Assembly: GCA_965644315.1 (NCBI GenBank)
Contig: CBFFRQ010000074.1
Location: 3,745-67,744, forward strand
DNA length: 64,000 bases
Source: Caecitellus pseudoparvulus
Lineage: Eukaryota > Protista > Bigyra: Bicosoecida
Direction of reading: 5' to 3'
Shown: piece by piece, positions 58,090 through 64,000 of the stretch
Layout: each line of letters starts with the position of its first letter
Numbering within the stretch: the stretch's first letter is position 1
Notes under the pieces: generated by a model
The model's database searches: none
Seen by the model: the letters and a program-made list of their open reading frames with translations, nothing else
What the model was told of the DNA's origin: nothing
Made by a program: the position numbers and the translations under genes

Positions 58090-60331
58090 GCCGGAGCGCG
58101 TGGGCGGTTGGCAATTGCAAGCGCTTTGCTGAGGCAAGCTGGAATCGGCGTCATCGTGTTCGTTGATGAAGCGGAGTGCCTCTTTCAGCAGAGCAAATTC
58201 GACTCCGCAGTCGCGGATCGATGGCGCGAGCAACTGTATGGGATCCTGAGCTTGAAGAAGAGCGCCATTGGCATGGTGGTCTGTGCAAGCTTTCAACGCG
58301 CCCGACAGCTGTTCCTGTCCGACGGATCAGCCCATGACTTCCCGCCTGACTACGCGCATTTGTCACTGCGGGCGGACTGGAACGGGAGCAAGTTCAAGCA
58401 AGTTCGTTTGGGGGGGGTGAAATGGACGCGATCGTCTCTGATGAACTTCCTGCTCACACACACATGCAGGGTGGTGGACCCTTCATTCACTCTGTACCGA
58501 GAGGAAGAAGAGACGCAGACTCCTGGTGCAGCGGTGGGCGCAGCACAGGAGGCATCAAGTGCAGTGGCTAAGGAGGACAAGCAGCCTTCAGAAGCAGCGC
58601 TGGAAATGGCGAGGAAGCTTGACGCGCTGTTCATGCAGCGCTGGAAGGGAAGATGAGCTTCGTGACGAGGAGAAGCTCGACAGTCCTCCCTGGAACAGTG
58701 CCCTGGAGATGTACGGGCACACACCCCGGGACCTGGCGCGTGCTGCAACGGAGCACTTGTGTTCATGGATGCCACCTCGCCCCTGGCCAATCCCCTCTGA
58801 GTCTCGACGCCTGTCTGGCAGCAAGCTTCCAAGCGCCGCATTCAACCTGGTGATGACCTCGTTCCTGGAGCTCTTGCCGGAGGCCGTGAGGGCAGGGCTG
58901 CCGAAAGCCACAATGCTTGGCTTTCGCTCCGCTGAGTACACTGTCCAGGAAGAGCAGCTGGAGAGGCACCTGATGAAGCTTCCCCAAGAGACACTTGCGG
59001 CAGCAGCAGGCGTCAGCACAGCGCAGGGGGCAGCTACAACCACACCAACCGCCACACGACTTGTGGACAACGCAGTTGACAAGGGTTGGCTTGTGGAGCA
59101 CGAAGACTGCTTGGGCCTGGGCAGTCTGGGGGTGTACCGCAGGTTTGGGCGTGGAGGTGTGCACGCTGACGTCATGGTGTGGATACGGTACAATGGGTAC
59201 GGGCAGGAGGCCGAGCTGCCCATTACCCGTGCCCTAGCGAGGATGCCAGACCAAGGCGGGCATGTCCTTGTGACAGTCGACAGTGTCGTGGAGAAAGCCC
59301 GAGTGGGAGCCGCGAATGCCACGGAGCGAGACGTGAAGGCAAACAAGCAAGCGGCGAAAGCAAGGAAGCAATCGGCGAAAGCAAGGAAACAAGCGGCGAA
59401 AGCAAACAAGCAAGCCGTGAAGGCCAGCAACAGCGACACCGAAGGCGGGCAGCTGGCGGGGGTGCGCATGACAGTCGTGACAAATAGCACAGCAGACCTG
59501 CCTGCACAAGCGGCTGCGCCAGCGGAGAGTGTTGGGGCACCACACGCCGCAGCGGGAGCTGGCGGAGCAGGTGGTGGGGGTCAGGCAGCCGGGGCTGAGG
59601 CAGATTGGCGTGCACGTGCACGGGCTGCGTACGAGGCGCTTAAGCAGGTTCATGAGAGTCTGTGGGAGTACTTGGCTCTCCGCAAGGGTGCATTCTGGAT
59701 GAAGGAGCTCCCAGATGTTTACGGTGGCGACGTGATTCGGGTGTCCTACGAAGTGAGGGGCCGCGTGACAACAGTGTGGATCATGCGTGTGCAGGTGAAG
59801 CGAGCCAACCAGAAGACACTGGAGAAAGGGGACAAGAACAAAGCGGGAGCTGCTGCAGTGCGGACGGCAGTGGAAGGCTTGATGGGTGTGGGGTCCTACA
59901 GCGAAGCGAAGCGGGAGCACATCGAGGGGAAGCACATACTCGTGGTGCGTGCAGTTGGTGACTTGATTGCTGCCGCGAAAGCGATGTACAACAAGCCCAA
60001 ACTAAGGCCTGATCAGATGCCAGCATGGGACAGGCTCTTCAAAGCCTACGTCGGGGGGGAGAAGTTTCACGTTGAGGATGGCGGCGCCATGATTGCCTTG
60101 ACGCACACAGTCCCAGACGGCATGCGAGAGCATGTGGAGGGGCAGCTTGGCATCCGCGTCGTGGACGGGACCAACCTGCGAGGGCACTGGGGTCCCTTGG
60201 GGCTTGCAAGCAAGGGGGAAGGACTGTATTTGGAGACTGCCGGCGCCAAACCAGACGAGGCAGCGGGGTCAAGTCGGCCACTCACGGAGCAAGACGAACT
60301 TGACGCGATGTTTGAAGAGTTCATGGGATAA
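57409..60331 (+). CDS. P-loop NTPase + REase-like (Crinkler/RHS-type) protein with an apparent frameshift at ~58648
   Basis: Walker A LFTGPKGVGKT, Walker B VIVFVDEAE, C-terminal ELPDVYGGDVIRV...MRVQVKR (D..QxK). The two ORFs join if one G is removed from TGGAAGGGAAGATGAG. Confidence 0.65.
59336..59425 (+). repeat. 21-nt coding tandem repeat (KAxKQxA x4)
   Basis: KANKQAAKARKQSAKARKQAAKANKQAVKA. Confidence 0.8.
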
Positions 60332-60449
60332 GAGGCGTGAGGCGAGACGACTCAAGGAATGCAATATCGTGCTATATGCCTGGCCGCTCAGCCTTGAGGG
60401 TTGCGTGGCGTGCATGGGCTTTACAGATTGTCTGCCTTGTCTTGCTTCT

Positions 60450-62070
60450 CTGTGACACGAAGTTCAAGGCTGCATCGGAAACTGAACAAGCCTTCCGGGT
60501 CCAAGTTACGGTGAGCAAGACGGGCGGCGGGCTCCTGCAGCTGTCCTCCCCCACTGTCCGCCTCGTGCGCTCGCAGCTTCTACTCTGAACACTGGCCCTG
60601 CTCCGACACTCCCAAGCATGCGGCACCACCACTGCCGCCTCCGTGCCAGCTGCTGTGCTGCAGCAAGCTCTGCCGTGGACCCGCACTTTCCGCATGCCTG
60701 CTCTCGCCGTGAGCGCCTGTGCGCCCCGCACGCTGCAGGCCTCGGCTCTGCCTGCTGGCAGCGCAGCCCACATCACAGCTGGCCAGCTTGCGGAGGCTGT
60801 GGCGCAGGCCGGCAGCGATCTGCCGTTCATCGTGCCCATGAGCCACGTGGAGCTGTCCCTGGCGAACTGGGCGGATGCTGGTGCCGGCCTCAGCTCCCTC
60901 ACACTCACAGTGGGTGCCACGGCTCTGCGGTCTCAAGCCATGCCACACATGCGGGAAGTGGGCAGCTGGGACGCCGTGCGATCCAGCGCCTCGTGGACAG
61001 ACCTTGGCCAGGTGGCAGGCGGCCGCCTGGCTCAAGTGACCCTGAACTCCAGCGCACTGGAGGGCGGCGACACGCTGTGACTCACAGCTGTCGTCACGAG
61101 CTTCGCAGGCCTGACCACAGCAGTCATTGCACCTCTGGGCGTGCTGGATGTGACACCACCCGCCTTGACACCACGCATCTTCATGTCACGAGGCAGCCAC
61201 GCACTGCTGCCAGGTCCCGGCTTCTCGCAGGCGGAGGCCGCGGCGGCCGCCTGCGCTGTGCAGACCATGTCTGATCTGGAGGCAGCATCCTTCACGACTG
61301 TGGAGTCTGTGCAAGCCGGGCTGGTGCTGCGCGTGGAGGGTCTGGGAGATGCACAGTCTGGACTGGCCAGCGCCACCCTGTCTGTGCTCGTTGTGCCTGG
61401 CCAGTGGAACGGTTCCTCACTGGTGCAGCTGAGCTCCGACCTGCTGCGCATTGGCCCTGGCCTTGTGGACGAGTCATGCGCTTTGTTTGCCATATCTCAA
61501 GCGTCAAGCAAGGCACTTGACTCGGGTGCCATGCTCGCCTTGCAGGGTGGCCTGTGCTCCTGCACACCCAGCGCCACACCCTACCCTCTGAGCGCACCCG
61601 CAACGCTTGCCCTGGCCCCCAGCCCCAACGCGCTCACACTCGCCGTGCCGCCTGCGCCATGGGGCCATGCCGACCGCCTCGTCCCTGTCGCCCAGGTGGC
61701 CAATGGTGCGGGGTCGCAGCAGCTCGTGCTGGGGCAGCCCATGTTGGGTGGACGGCACGGTGCCAGCCTGGAGCGACGAAGTGGAAGTGCGTGACGGCGG
61801 CGACGTGGACGCGGACTGCATCCTGGGCAGTCCTGGGGCAGTGTTCCAAGCCTCATGGACACCAGCAGCCGATGCAGAGTCGGGCATCGTGCAGTACGAG
61901 TGGTGCGTTGGCAGCACCGGCTCTGACGACGGGCGGGACGACATCATGCCTTGCAGGCTCGTGGGCGACTCCCTCGAAGCCAGTGCCCTGCTGGCTGGGC
62001 CAGATCAAGATGAAGATGGCTTCACGTGGCCGGCTGGTGGCTCGCTCTTCGTGAGCGTGCGCGGGCCCAG
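60450..62070 (+). pseudogene. Disrupted fragment of a large beta-sandwich/FN3-like repeat protein
   Basis: One frame continues through TGA stops at 60586 and 61078; frameshift near 61745; motifs AGL...LDVTPP, DAQSGL and ASWTPAADAESGIVQYEWCVGS..DDI. Confidence 0.6.
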
Positions 62071-63319
62071 AGTGGAGCTGGGACGTGGGGCGGCTGAATC
62101 ACGTCGGACGGCGCCCGAGCCCTGTCTGATGCAGCCGCGGACGTCTCCTGCGTGGCGGAGGCTGCTCGTGGGGTGCTGTGTGTAGCTTTGTAGCTGCTGT
62201 GCAGGTGGTGTACCTTCGAAATGCAGCTTTCTGTCTCCCATGCGGTCGTCGTGCTGCACGCTCGCTGCGCGACCCGGACTGACCCCATTGCAGCAGATCG
62301 GTGTCATGACCGGGCACGCGGAGATGTGGGGAGTCCCCACACTACTACACACAACGTGTAGCTGAGCTGCGGCAAAGTGCCTTGTCACCTTCATGTTGAG
62401 GTTGGACGTGGGCGAGGGCGCACATGCAGCGTCTGTGACAGCGCACACCATTCCGGCACTTGAGCAGGGCATGCACTGATCGCAAGCTCTCAGGGGCCTG
62501 GGGCGGAGTGCCAATCGGTGGTGGACATGCAAGTATCTTCCATTGCACGTGGGGACACCGCCTCGCGTTGAAGGCGAGTCCTACCGAGCTCGTGATTGCA
62601 AGCGTGACCAATTTGCTCATGATGATGCACGAGACTTCGGGCTTCGGCTGGGGGCCACAGAGAGTCGTACAGGGCGGTGGAGAATGTACAAGCTCCAATC
62701 CACTCGTAAGCAACCATCAACAGTAGGTGAGCATGGCCAAGGGAGGGCTCCCCTTGCTCGGGCACCCCGCCATGCGCTCGAGAAGAATCATGTGGGAGCT
62801 GCCGTTGAAGCCGGAGCTCGCTGTGGGGTGACGCAGGTGGGCAATCTCGAGACCAAGTAGCATGAACTGTCGAGATCACGCGAGTCTGGGACATGAGGGA
62901 GTATGGGGAGCATGTGAACGCTCACCTTGTGCTGTGCCGTGGTGTGGTGGAGGGGGGGGGCTTGACACCCCCTCCCTAAGCGCAGCAGCATTCTCGCTGC
63001 CAACGGCATTCTCTGCACAACGCCAAACTCCCCATCACGACCATCCCTTCTTCCAAACTCGGCCCACTGCACTTCACGTGCAGCACATTGTGGTTTTCGG
63101 GGGTTGTTTGCACTTGCTTGCGCCTGGCTGGGCGCAGTCGGCGCTGGCGTTGCGTGGTGTGTGGCGGCTCAATTTCCGCACTGCATCATTTTGCAAGCAG
63201 CGTAGGCGTCGAGTTCGAAGCGGCACGCCCCCACTGTACAGTAGAGGTGACTGATAAACACCAAGAACAAGTAGTGAGTGCACGTTTGTGACGTGAAGTG
63301 GCGTCCATTGCGAGATCTC

Positions 63320-64000
63320 ATGGCTGCTGCTGCGGCCGCGTTGCCAGCCCTTGCGCCGGTAGAACCCGCCTTGCATGATCTCGCAGGCATGGCGGCAGCA
63401 GAAGTACCCCCGGAGGTCGGGGTCTGTGAACACGAGATGGGGCCGTTTGAGGAGCTGTGCTTGTCTGGTTTGTCCTTTGACTTCGAAGACCGCCTGACTG
63501 AGGAAGCTGCAGAGTTGGTGAAGAAGATGGTGCTCAACCAGGAGCTGACCTTCCTGCCAATGGACCACCTCGACCCAGCGATCGATGTCCTGGAAATCGC
63601 CAGCAGCTGCATACACAGGCATTCATTGCCACAAGCTCGTTTGTTCACTGGTCCAAAGGGCGTTGGCAAGACACACCTCTTCGAAACGGTTGCCGAAGTG
63701 ATGGACAAGGAGAACAAGAGAGCAGCGGACGGAAGGCTCACCATTTGCTGCCACATCGACCTCCAAAAACGCAGGAACACAAAGCTTGATTCCTTCGATG
63801 AGGTGTTCTTCAAGGCCATCGCCTATGAGCTTGGCCTTTTGCATCGACACCCAGACGTGGCAGAGGTTCTTACCAATCTCGCCGCCCACGCTGCAGGCTT
63901 GCCAGATGACATTGTGGAGTTGGAGCACCTTCCAGGCATCTTCACGTTGCGCGGGAATCCCGAGGCTCTGTCGCCCGCACTGCGGGAGAAGTTGTCGAAA
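63320..64000 (+). CDS. Second copy of the P-loop NTPase gene (partial, runs off the window)
   Basis: Open from ATG 63320 to the window edge; identical Walker A GPKGVGKT. Confidence 0.8.
   Translation, partial: MAAAAAALPALAPVEPALHDLAGMAAAEVPPEVGVCEHEMGPFEELCLSGLSFDFEDRLTEEAAELVKKMVLNQELTFLPMDHLDPAIDVLEIASSCIHRHSLPQARLFTGPKGVGKTHLFETVAEVMDKENKRAADGRLTICCHIDLQKRRNTKLDSFDEVFFKAIAYELGLLHRHPDVAEVLTNLAAHAAGLPDDIVELEHLPGIFTLRGNPEALSPALREKLSK

Noticed and set aside
62200-62950. Short ORFs before the second NTPase copy
   Set aside because: No recognisable motifs or coding bias.
57043-62953. The 5.9-kb unit as a classical transposon or retroelement
   Set aside because: No terminal inverted repeats, LTRs, target-site duplication, reverse transcriptase or transposase motifs were recognised.

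Overview
A GC-rich, gene-dense region from a unicellular eukaryote, with mostly short (65-120 nt) GT-AG introns whose donors are usually GTGCGT/GTGAG. A stramenopile-like protist is plausible, but that is an inference. The core (~6.9-56.7 kb) is a housekeeping block, mostly in alternating head-to-head and tail-to-tail pairs: DEAD-box helicase, GLT1D1-like, CCT5, DYNLL, RPL35A, SMC2, FAM161-like, degenerate NYN-LOTUS protein, a giant minisatellite coiled-coil protein, NOP14, USP7-like, CNNM, GMPPB, Rab21, LAMTOR2, G3BP-like, NEMF, PABPN1-like, ABCE1 and tRNA-Arg(ACG). Accessory multicopy genes flank it on both sides. On the left, two tandem genes share a near-identical promoter and a presequence-like header exon, and are built from phase-0 exon cassettes. 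One ends in a P-loop NTPase plus restriction-endonuclease-like (RHS/Crinkler-type) module that the ORF track misses; the other has no such module. On the right are two tandem copies of a different P-loop NTPase gene, the complete copy ending in a REase-like region, separated by a decayed beta-repeat gene fragment. All gene models and motif matches were made by eye.
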